Origin: Patescibacteria group bacterium
Lineage (GTDB): Bacteria; Patescibacteriota; Microgenomatia; UBA8517
Reading direction: 5' to 3'
DNA: 64,000 bases
Assembly: GCA_041499035.1 (NCBI GenBank)
Contig: JBGQJK010000002.1
Span: 6,571-70,570 of the forward strand
Under the pieces are notes generated by a model. It was not told where the DNA came from. It worked only from the letters and a program-made list of their open reading frames with translations, and did not search any database. A program made the translations under genes and the position numbers. Every line of letters starts with the position of its first letter. Positions within the stretch are counted from its first letter, which is position 1. Shown piece by piece: positions 8,467 through 16,619 of the stretch.

Positions 8467-9131
8467 TTTCTTTTATCTTTTGTAATCAGATCCTCAATAA
8501 TTTTTGCCACCTTATCAGGATTTGGCACCGCTACGAAATCAAATTCGGCAACTTCCGCGGCAGTTTGAACAAAAACGTCCCCGTAATTAAAAATCGTCCT
8601 GGCAACCCCACCCATATTATATGTAACATCCTGAATTTTATCCAAGTTGGCGTCGGAAACCTCCTTATAAATTAAGTTGTAAAAATCGACGTCGACTACT
8701 CTCATATTTGTAACTATATAAACGTTAAAAAACCAGCTCAAAAAGTTTTCGAAAGCGTATGCCAATGTAATCAAATACCAGGCCATTGTGATAACCAATT
8801 CAAACCCGACCGGAAGAGATGAAAATACACCGAAGGCCGCCATAGTTGCCGGCACAAAAAGCAGCAGTATTGTAACCAAAATCCACTTAACATTAACTAT
8901 CAGGTGTTGCCTTAAAAGCAAAACTATTTTTTCTTCCTTAGAACGGGACTCAAAATCGATATGGTCGGGATAAAAGTAAAAGGCGGACAGGGGGCTATGG
9001 GTGTGTCCGGGGAGTTTAGACTTTTCAATCTCGGTCACTGGAGACTCTTCCGGCAAAACCGATGAGGCCGGCTCCTCAGGAGCTACTGGCTTTTGAGACT
9101 CATTTTTTGGAGAAACAAACACATCCGGCAT
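8463..9131 (-). CDS. membrane protein with bPH_2 (YdbS/YdbT-like) domain
   Basis: Two TM helices followed by 'YIVTNMRVVDVDFYNLIYKEV...GDVFVQTA', a bacterial PH-like pattern. Confidence 0.45.
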   Translation of the reverse strand: MPDVFVSPKNESQKPVAPEEPASSVLPEESPVTEIEKSKLPGHTHSPLSAFYFYPDHIDFESRSKEEKIVLLLRQHLIVNVKWILVTILLLFVPATMAAFGVFSSLPVGFELVITMAWYLITLAYAFENFLSWFFNVYIVTNMRVVDVDFYNLIYKEVSDANLDKIQDVTYNMGGVARTIFNYGDVFVQTAAEVAEFDFVAVPNPDKVAKIIEDLITKDKRK

Positions 9132-9211
9132 GGCAACCTGATTATATCAGGTCGATCTAATAACTTAAAACTAAAACCTACAGCTATTAGATATTAACTT
9201 TTAGTTATTGT

Positions 9212-10993
9212 TTAATGCTTCTCAATATTGAAGAGTGGTCCGACAATTTGGATGTTGCTCGGGGCTCTAAGGTTAAAGTATGTCTTAAAATCCTGACCGT
9301 CAAAATTTCGGCCGTCAATTGTAACGGTAGTTGTTTTTCCGCTTCCGAAATCAGCATTAACCGATATGTTTGAAGCACTGTCAAATGGTGTAATTCCCCT
9401 CGTAGAAAGTTCACTTTTAACTCTGCCAGCGTCCCAGGTATCAACTCCGTCGGGATTTGGTTTATCAACCTGTGTCAGATGATCCTGAGTTGACCCGTCG
9501 GCTTTGGCGAGCAAAATAATGTTTGCAAAGTCTGCAATCTCCTCGGGCTTCAGCCATGCTGTTTTGTTGTAAGAGGAACGGCTGCCCCAATCGCAGTAGA
9601 AAACCGGCGAACTTTTATCGTAGGTGCTATTTGCAAGATCGGAAAAACTGTTTATCCCACCAGGCGCATCCTTAAGCCTTTTGGTCCAACTTGTATTACT
9701 CCAGCCAATATCCCCCGATGTGTAAGCATAGCCCCCGTGTGTTGAGGAAAACCAAGCTTTTATTGGACTTCCCCCGGTAGTCATTACAATACCGCGTGTG
9801 GCGTCCACTGCAGCCTGCCATGCACCATCATTAAGTTCTTTTTTTACTACCTGGCACTGCTGGCTGGGGCAAATACTGCCTGAGCCATTATTTGTGTAAG
9901 CTAATGCGAACGACCTGGCCGCGACTGCCTGGGCTTTAAGAGCTTCCGGATTCCAGCTTGTTGGCATCTCGTATAAATGTTTAAGATAATCGTCAATGTT
10001 CCAAGTGTCGTTAAATGACTGACCAAATTCGTTGCTGCCGGTTACGTGAATGTTAATTGATTGGTTATAACCCGTTGTGTAATCGGCGTTGTAGTAAGTC
10101 TTGAGAATCGTTTCGGCATTCTGACCAGCCTCGGCCCGGCCTTTGGCTCCAAACTGGTTAAGCCCTATCCTGTTGGGCACTCCGTAGCTGAAAAACGCAT
10201 AAGCCGGGCTAAAACCGGGGTCTTTGAAGGGGTTGATATCACTACTGCATCCACCCTTCATGTTGTAAGCGGATCTTGAAAGGCCTAATGTTGCGAGCTT
10301 TGCTGCCAGGAAGGATTGCTGTTTGGCCGAAAGCGTTGCCAAATATGCGCTGGCTTTTGCAACTTCCCCCGCCAAAAAGTTTGCCTTTTCGGTTACTTGT
10401 TTTTGAGCGGCAGTCAAAGCATCTTTATTCTTCTGAAGAGTATCTTCGTCCTGCTTAAGTTTAATCAGATCAGTGGCATATTGAGCCATCGTCTGTCTGT
10501 CGGAATCCGCCGCTCTTTGCCTAAGGTTAATTTCCTGAAAAGCCTGCGAGGCCGTATCGGCAAAAATAAATGGGGTTATGGGATCATAAAGTCTTAAGAA
10601 AGTATATTGGTCTTTGGCCTTTTGATTAAAAATCTCTCTGGTAAAGGCCATTTTCTCCTCGCGCAGGTTAATATCGGCTTGGGTTTGCTTAAGTTGATCC
10701 AAAAAAGAATTTATTCTCGCCGCTAAATTTGCGAGCTGCTTTTGGAGGGCGCTAAGATCCTGTTTATTTTTTTCATTGGCGGACTGAATCGGAGCCAGAA
10801 GTTGCGGGATTCCTACGTTGTAGCACCAATCCTGGTCCCCCTGCGAAAGATCGCTGACATTTTTAGTAAGACATTCCTGGGCAGTTATGGCAAAAACCAC
10901 AGTCGTTTTTAGAATCAAAAGGCCTAATACGGCAAGGGCCGTAGTAATTAATAATTTGAAAGACCTAGAATTAAATGGAAATTGTTTGCCCAC
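9212..10993 (-). CDS. SpoIID/LytB-domain peptidoglycan-remodelling protein with N-terminal TM and coiled coil
   Basis: 'PEALKAQAVAARSFALAYT' matches the SpoIID/LytB signature (EALKAQAVAARTYAL). N-terminal TM and long Q/K/L-rich coiled coil. Confidence 0.6.
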   Translation of the reverse strand: MGKQFPFNSRSFKLLITTALAVLGLLILKTTVVFAITAQECLTKNVSDLSQGDQDWCYNVGIPQLLAPIQSANEKNKQDLSALQKQLANLAARINSFLDQLKQTQADINLREEKMAFTREIFNQKAKDQYTFLRLYDPITPFIFADTASQAFQEINLRQRAADSDRQTMAQYATDLIKLKQDEDTLQKNKDALTAAQKQVTEKANFLAGEVAKASAYLATLSAKQQSFLAAKLATLGLSRSAYNMKGGCSSDINPFKDPGFSPAYAFFSYGVPNRIGLNQFGAKGRAEAGQNAETILKTYYNADYTTGYNQSINIHVTGSNEFGQSFNDTWNIDDYLKHLYEMPTSWNPEALKAQAVAARSFALAYTNNGSGSICPSQQCQVVKKELNDGAWQAAVDATRGIVMTTGGSPIKAWFSSTHGGYAYTSGDIGWSNTSWTKRLKDAPGGINSFSDLANSTYDKSSPVFYCDWGSRSSYNKTAWLKPEEIADFANIILLAKADGSTQDHLTQVDKPNPDGVDTWDAGRVKSELSTRGITPFDSASNISVNADFGSGKTTTVTIDGRNFDGQDFKTYFNLRAPSNIQIVGPLFNIEKH

Positions 10994-11076
10994 GGCAATC
11001 CATTATATCAAGTGAAACATAGAAGGGGTTTGTTATTTGGAGTCACAAAAGTTAGAATAAATATATATCTAGATAA

Positions 11077-11661
11077 ATGAAAAGAATAGTTTTGTTATTA
11101 GGTCTTTTTGGGTTAATTTTCTTTTTGCTTCCGTATAAAGTTTTGGCAGGTCCTCAATGCTCTACTAAAGGCGGAAGCTGCTCAACCGCATGCAGCATCA
11201 GCGATACCCCTTCAGGACCTTTAGACTGCCCAACCCAAAATGGAGGTAGAGGGGCACCCATTCAACAAGTTTGTTGTGTACCTCAGTCATCAGGCGGTGG
11301 TAGCAGTGGTGGATCTACTAGCGGCAGTTCTCCAGTAAATATACAAGGACGCTGCGCAATCACAGCAATCGATACAGCAATAGGCTGCATTCCTGTCTTA
11401 AACAGCGATAACGGAACGGCATTTATGGGCTTTATCCTTAGATGGGCCGTGGGCATCGGGGGCGGAATCGCTTTTCTTTTAATTCTTTACGGAGGCTTTA
11501 TGATAATGACTTCCTCGGGTAACCCTGAGCGACTTAAAGCGGGACAGGAACTTCTAACTTCGGCAATTGGAGGAATAATTCTTCTTATTTTCTCTGTATT
11601 CCTGCTTAAGGTTATTGGAATTGACATACTCGGTCTTGGATCTTATGGTTTCGGGAAGTAA
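11077..11661 (+). CDS. pilin-like two-TM protein fused to N-terminal Cys-rich secreted domain (paralog 1 of array)
   Basis: Signal peptide, 10 Cys in 'GPQCSTKGGSCSTACS...CCVPQ', Gly/Ser linker, then C-terminal 'GGFMIMTSSGNPERLKAGQELLTSAIGGIILLIF' matching the array motif. Confidence 0.5.
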   Translation: MKRIVLLLGLFGLIFFLLPYKVLAGPQCSTKGGSCSTACSISDTPSGPLDCPTQNGGRGAPIQQVCCVPQSSGGGSSGGSTSGSSPVNIQGRCAITAIDTAIGCIPVLNSDNGTAFMGFILRWAVGIGGGIAFLLILYGGFMIMTSSGNPERLKAGQELLTSAIGGIILLIFSVFLLKVIGIDILGLGSYGFGK

Positions 11662-11669
11662 AAATAGAC

Positions 11670-12005
11670 ATGTTATTGGCACAAAACTTAGACGCAATTC
11701 AAAGCGGAGGAATTCCAGGTTTTACAATCCCTAATGGCGGGCTTGCATCTTCCGGTGTTGGTACGCTAATTACATTATTAATCCCGTATATATTTGAGGC
11801 CGCGGCACTTTTACTTTTAATTTACTTCCTACTTGGGGGGTTACAGCTTATGACGTCGAGGGGAGACCCTAAAGGGATACAAGCTGCTCAGGGAAAAATT
11901 GTCAACGCTTTAATTGGTTTTGCAATTATTCTCCTCGCGGGCTTTGTAGTGCTACTATTAGGGAGATTATTAAGAATAAATGTTTTTACAGGATTAATCG
12001 TTTAA
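11670..12005 (+). CDS. pilin-like (VirB2/TrbC-like) small two-TM protein, paralog 2
   Basis: 'LLGGLQLMTSRGDPKGIQAAQGKIVNALIGFAIILLAGFVV' shares the conserved motif with its neighbours. Confidence 0.5.
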   Translation: MLLAQNLDAIQSGGIPGFTIPNGGLASSGVGTLITLLIPYIFEAAALLLLIYFLLGGLQLMTSRGDPKGIQAAQGKIVNALIGFAIILLAGFVVLLLGRLLRINVFTGLIV

Positions 12006-12010
12006 AAAAA

Positions 12011-12301
12011 ATGGATATAAATAGTATTTTTGGCTCTCCTCTTACCCAACTTACGAATGTGGCAGGGCTAGTTACCATTTTTTTAAACGCGATCTTTGTT
12101 ATTGCCGGTCTTATTCTACTTTTTTACTTTATTTTGGGGGGAATAGGAATGATAAATAGCGCCGGGAAAAACGACCCGCGGGCAGCGGAACAGGCGAAAC
12201 AGACTGTTACTTCGGCTCTTATTGGGTTTGTTGTTGTAATTGCTGCCTACTGGATAGTAAAATTAACAGGAACGCTTTTAGGGATTCAAAATTTAATATG
12301 A
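12011..12301 (+). CDS. pilin-like small two-TM protein, paralog 3
   Basis: 'ILGGIGMINSAGKNDPRAAEQAKQTVTSALIGFVVVIAAYWIV'. Confidence 0.5.
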   Translation: MDINSIFGSPLTQLTNVAGLVTIFLNAIFVIAGLILLFYFILGGIGMINSAGKNDPRAAEQAKQTVTSALIGFVVVIAAYWIVKLTGTLLGIQNLI

Positions 12302-12630
12302 CCAACCCATTCGGATCAGTAAAGATGCCTAATACCGCTCTTGGAACGGATCCTGGCTTAGCTATCGGAAAAATAGTCCAGCTTGTAATTTGGGTTTTAC
12401 TCATAAGTGCTGGTGTTTACGCACTTATTAATTTTATTTTAGCCGGCTATGCATTTATGTCTGCTGGGGATGATGCCAAAAAAATCGAGGGTGCCTGGGC
12501 AAAAATCTGGCAGACAGCACTTGGTCTGGCAGTTGCAGCTGGCGCCTTTGTGCTGGCTGCAATTTTTGGCCAGCTAATTTTTAACGATCCTACAATTCTT
12601 TTCAATCCAACTATCCCAGCCTTACCATAA
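12298..12630 (+). CDS. pilin-like small two-TM protein, paralog 4 (divergent)
   Basis: 'ILAGYAFMSAGDDAKKIEGAWAKIWQTALGLAVAAGAFVLA'; ATGA overlap with the previous gene. Confidence 0.45.
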   Translation: MTNPFGSVKMPNTALGTDPGLAIGKIVQLVIWVLLISAGVYALINFILAGYAFMSAGDDAKKIEGAWAKIWQTALGLAVAAGAFVLAAIFGQLIFNDPTILFNPTIPALP

Positions 12631-12635
12631 ATAGA

Positions 12636-13001
12636 ATGAAAAATTTATTATCGCAAGTCAGTTTTGGTACATTTAAGGGCATCGGATCTGGAAATCTATC
12701 TAATTCAACCGGTGGCATAGCAACCCTGGCCAGTTTTATTACATCTGTAATTGGTGTCATGACAATAGTTGCAGTTATCTGGTTTATTTTTGTGTTTATC
12801 ACCGGTGCAATCGGGATAATTGCAGCAGGAGGAGACAAAGGCGCTCTCGAGAATGCCAGAAAAAGGATCACTACAGGACTAATCGGTTTAGTGGTCGTCA
12901 TTATTGCAACTTTTGTGATTGATTTGATCGGATATTTGCTCGGCTTTCCTTCCAACGGAATTTTAAATATTGTTAACCTGTTTAATACTCTACCCAAATA
13001 A
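12636..13001 (+). CDS. pilin-like small two-TM protein, paralog 5
   Basis: 'ITGAIGIIAAGGDKGALENARKRITTGLIGLVVVIIATFVI'. Confidence 0.5.
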   Translation: MKNLLSQVSFGTFKGIGSGNLSNSTGGIATLASFITSVIGVMTIVAVIWFIFVFITGAIGIIAAGGDKGALENARKRITTGLIGLVVVIIATFVIDLIGYLLGFPSNGILNIVNLFNTLPK

Positions 13002-13005
13002 ATAA

Positions 13006-13323
13006 ATGATAAAAAATCCGGTACTAGGGGGCTTGGGTGCGACGGCCGGCATCACCTTTTTCCAAACATTCTTTGGTAAGCTTGTAGCGGTTGCCCTTAT
13101 AGCAGGATCCGTAATTTTTCTTTTTATGCTGATTACTGGGGCAATACAGTGGATTTCTTCCGGTGGCGACAAGCAGGCACTTGAAAATGCAAAAAGCAAG
13201 GTGACAAACGCGATCGTCGGAATTATAATTCTGTTCGCTATTTTTGCAGTAATAAATTTTGTCAGCTCTTTCTTTGGAAATATCCCAATATTAAACGCGC
13301 CTCTAAATCCCGTTACCCCTTGA
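13006..13323 (+). CDS. pilin-like small two-TM protein, paralog 6
   Basis: 'ITGAIQWISSGGDKQALENAKSKVTNAIVGIIILFAIFAVI'. Confidence 0.5.
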   Translation: MIKNPVLGGLGATAGITFFQTFFGKLVAVALIAGSVIFLFMLITGAIQWISSGGDKQALENAKSKVTNAIVGIIILFAIFAVINFVSSFFGNIPILNAPLNPVTP

Positions 13324-13362
13324 CACGGCGTTTTAAAAAGGCCAATAATATAAAATACAGAT

Positions 13363-13701
13363 ATGGGGAACTCTCTGCTCGCGCAAATAAACTTAAAGCC
13401 GGATGCTAATTCGGGCTTCAGTAACCTGGGAGGCTATACTTTACCCGGAATTATATCCGCTCTTATAAAAGGGGCGTTGGTTGTGGCAGCAATAGTTTTC
13501 TTCTTTATACTCGTCCTCGGCGGAATAAAATGGATTGCGTCGGGTGGCGATAAAGCGGCAACAGAGGGTGCAAGAAATCAAATTACGGCGGCCCTAATCG
13601 GCCTTGTAATAGTCTTTGCTGCTTGGGCAATAGTTTCCTTAATCAATACTTTCTTTAACGTAAACATTTTCTCCTTGACACTTCCTCAAGTTAGCGGTTA
13701 A
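13363..13701 (+). CDS. pilin-like small two-TM protein, paralog 7
   Basis: 'VLGGIKWIASGGDKAATEGARNQITAALIGLVIVFAAWAIV'. Confidence 0.5.
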   Translation: MGNSLLAQINLKPDANSGFSNLGGYTLPGIISALIKGALVVAAIVFFFILVLGGIKWIASGGDKAATEGARNQITAALIGLVIVFAAWAIVSLINTFFNVNIFSLTLPQVSG

Positions 13702-13746
13702 AACGGGCTTGCTCAATCTTGCCCCCTAGTCTAGAATTGTCTTTAT

Positions 13747-14022
13747 ATGGACCCTGCGCGTATAACTGACCTCCAAACAGTCTTTGTTAATGTGGTAAAG
13801 GTTGCTATTGCTGCAGCCGGAATAGCTTTGTTTGTCATGCTTCTTATTGGTGGATTTAAATATATAACCTCGGGTGGGGATCCTAAGGCAACTGAGGGCG
13901 CGCAAAGAACTATCACTTATGCAATCGGCGGACTAGTCCTTATTCTTGCGGCCTACTTAATACTTTTACTCATACGAACCATAACAGGGGCTCAAGTGAC
14001 CAACTTTACCGTGGTCCAATAA
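13747..14022 (+). CDS. pilin-like small two-TM protein, paralog 8
   Basis: 'LIGGFKYITSGGDPKATEGAQRTITYAIGGLVLILAAYLIL'. Confidence 0.5.
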   Translation: MDPARITDLQTVFVNVVKVAIAAAGIALFVMLLIGGFKYITSGGDPKATEGAQRTITYAIGGLVLILAAYLILLLIRTITGAQVTNFTVVQ

Positions 14023-14042
14023 ACCATAATAATAAATCACAA

Positions 14043-16571
14043 ATGAAACGCTTTCTGCCCATTTTCGCAACCCTCTTCGGGCTTTCCTTTTTTTTTCCAA
14101 AAGCTTCAAAAGCCCAATACACACCTTTAAACGATGTCCCAATCCCCCAGATTCACTTTCCCTGTGACAAACAAACTCAACCCGAATTTGCTTCTTTAAG
14201 ACCTTACCAGGCAGCAGCCTGCGGAGACGCTGACAAAGCACTCTACTGCAGCAACGATCTTATATTCCTGGAGACTTTTAACAGCTTTCCGGAATGTGGA
14301 GGCCAAGCGCCCGCAGGGGAGGGAAAATTTATTTGCAACACAAATAAATTTATTCCAAACCATAATTTAATTGTAGATTTGGCCAATAGCGATCTCCCCA
14401 TCCTTGGAAATACCGAGTTAACTAAGGACAGCATCAACTCGACCGATAAAATTAGTGATGCGGGAAAAATGAATGAGTATGCAAGCTGGTACCTTAACGG
14501 AACTCTTAATAGAGCGGAGTACGGACAAATTGACCCTACCCAGATTGCCGATTATTCGGGACCAATTCAAAAAGTCATGCCCCAAGTAATTCTTGAGGCC
14601 GATAGAATAGGCACAATCGCCTCAGCTTCAGCAATGACAACATATATTCCGGAAAATGACAACGGCGGTACTGCGGCCCCACAAGCCACTACTGAGCCCC
14701 AAAACCATAACCAGATAGTTGTTTGCTATAAGAAACAGGCCCAACTTATTCCGCCCATCATCACAAATTTTTTTGGGCTTGGAGCAGTAGGGCTAGGCAA
14801 GGCACTTCCCGGGGATTGTTACGATGGGGCTGGTCACATGACAGATGGGCTAAGCATACTGAGACTTGAAAGTTGGGATAAATCCAGTCCTACTGTTGAT
14901 GTTGCCGGCATTGCCAGCTGGCTTCTTAAAATTTTTCCTCCGAATATTGTGTCTATACTTACAAGTAGCACTGCCATCCTCGATCGCTGGCCATATAAAT
15001 TTCCCCCTCTCCCTTGGTCGGATAAAAACGGTCAGCCTTTTTCTAGTCCGGACGCATATCAAAAGGCTTATAACGAATGGCGGGGGCAACTCTGTGCTTA
15101 TATTTCATTCCCAATACTGGGAACCAAGTTATTTTGTGGCGGAATTCCGGGCGTAACAAATAATGATTTTGCAGACCTTTTTCCCTTTATTCCCCTCGGG
15201 AACACTGTTGATAAACACGGCTCCGAAACCGCATATATAGCGGAAATTCAGCCACTGGGAGAGACCCAGATTGCTGACCCTTCGTACGATGTACCAAAAA
15301 ATGCTCCCCTTTGGTTCTCACACACCGAAGAAGTAATGAACATGTCAAAGTTCTTAAACTCCAGTTATACCCCCCTCGACTGCACAGTAACTAACGGTAA
15401 ACAAACCTGTCAGCCACTTGCCAGTGTAGCGGAACCTAAAACTACGGAGGCGAATGTCTGCAACGTAGTAAATGTAAGAACAAATTCGGGAGATAACCTC
15501 TTCCCCGGCCAAACACATGGAGTCGTGGTCCCCAATGTTCACTACACGATCACACAAGTCCCGTGCGAGAAAAAAATAGTAATACAGACGATCGGAAAAC
15601 CCCCTAATGAAAAAACAGTAAGACGAACCGTTATCACTTGCGATGCCGAAATAAATATAACAATCCCCACAATTACAAAGAGTCCATCACTTGACCCGAT
15701 ATTCCAAAGCACGGTTGCTTATTCCGGGTCTACATTCAGGAAGATCTATCCCAAAGTGGAAACGGGTGCCCCTGTAAATTGTATTGCGGATATTCCGGGT
15801 TCAACCGGAGTTGATTACACGGGAACAGATAACGTACCCGCGGGTGGAAACAGCTCGTTTAAATATAAAAATCCTGCGCTAGGTTCAAACAATGCCTCCG
15901 AACTATATTTTCCACACCTCGGTTCAGTCTATGACTACTTTCTTAAAGGCATTCAAACCGCTCTACGCCCGCAAGGATTCGGAGCCCCAACACCAATAAG
16001 CGGAAAGTACTGCAGTCCGACAGTACCAACCCAGTGCAATGCCAACGTCCCCGATTCAGCCGTCTCCAGCAAATTTCTTGGCGCTTTCAAAACCAACTTT
16101 ATACTCGTTGCCGACAGGTGGACTCTTGACTGCCCCGGGCCGCAATACAATTTGGCTGCTCAATGTTACAACTACGTTGTCAGCGAGGCCCAGAAAGCCG
16201 GTGTTAATCCTGCGTTTGCTTTGTCTATTTGGCTTCATGAATCAGATGCAAGCAACTATTGTCATGGCGGCCTCTCTACTCAGGATTTTGGACAAAATGT
16301 TGCCAGCGAGTATCAAAATATAGTTGCTCAGTTAACTGGATTCTTGGCTATGGCAAAGCAAAAGCTCTGCAACGGCGTTCCGGGATTCCCTGAACCCATG
16401 GCCGGTTGGCTAAGTAGATATAAAAGTAGTTCCGGTTCATGTAATCCGGCAGACTCTGATGCAATGAGCTATTACCCTGAAATTCGGGATACATCCTGGG
16501 GAGTGCTAACTAATTGTGTGAAAGGTACCAAATTCGGAATTACCTGGCCCACCGATATGAGTTGTCCCTAA
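14043..16571 (+). CDS. large secreted Cys-rich protein (842 aa), possible lysozyme-like C-terminal region
   Basis: Signal peptide 'MKRFLPIFATLFGLSFFFPKASKA', >30 Cys. C-terminal 'YNYVVSEAQKAGVNPAFALSIWLHESDASNY' resembles the catalytic E-S region of lysozyme-like/SLT folds; this is weak. Confidence 0.45.
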   Translation: MKRFLPIFATLFGLSFFFPKASKAQYTPLNDVPIPQIHFPCDKQTQPEFASLRPYQAAACGDADKALYCSNDLIFLETFNSFPECGGQAPAGEGKFICNTNKFIPNHNLIVDLANSDLPILGNTELTKDSINSTDKISDAGKMNEYASWYLNGTLNRAEYGQIDPTQIADYSGPIQKVMPQVILEADRIGTIASASAMTTYIPENDNGGTAAPQATTEPQNHNQIVVCYKKQAQLIPPIITNFFGLGAVGLGKALPGDCYDGAGHMTDGLSILRLESWDKSSPTVDVAGIASWLLKIFPPNIVSILTSSTAILDRWPYKFPPLPWSDKNGQPFSSPDAYQKAYNEWRGQLCAYISFPILGTKLFCGGIPGVTNNDFADLFPFIPLGNTVDKHGSETAYIAEIQPLGETQIADPSYDVPKNAPLWFSHTEEVMNMSKFLNSSYTPLDCTVTNGKQTCQPLASVAEPKTTEANVCNVVNVRTNSGDNLFPGQTHGVVVPNVHYTITQVPCEKKIVIQTIGKPPNEKTVRRTVITCDAEINITIPTITKSPSLDPIFQSTVAYSGSTFRKIYPKVETGAPVNCIADIPGSTGVDYTGTDNVPAGGNSSFKYKNPALGSNNASELYFPHLGSVYDYFLKGIQTALRPQGFGAPTPISGKYCSPTVPTQCNANVPDSAVSSKFLGAFKTNFILVADRWTLDCPGPQYNLAAQCYNYVVSEAQKAGVNPAFALSIWLHESDASNYCHGGLSTQDFGQNVASEYQNIVAQLTGFLAMAKQKLCNGVPGFPEPMAGWLSRYKSSSGSCNPADSDAMSYYPEIRDTSWGVLTNCVKGTKFGITWPTDMSCP

Positions 16572-16619
16572 AGGTAAAGGGCCTTTGATTTTTTACGTCA
16601 AACCATTAGAATAAACATA

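Noticed and set aside
9205-9468. 87-aa minus-strand ORF overlapping the 3' end of the SpoIID-domain gene
   Set aside because: Alternate frame of the same region as the 593-aa CDS, which has a recognisable domain; spurious.
12611-13199. 128-aa and 69-aa minus-strand ORFs antisense to pilin-like paralogs
   Set aside because: Antisense translations of the Gly/Ala/Ile-rich coding sequence; the sense genes form a consistent paralog family.
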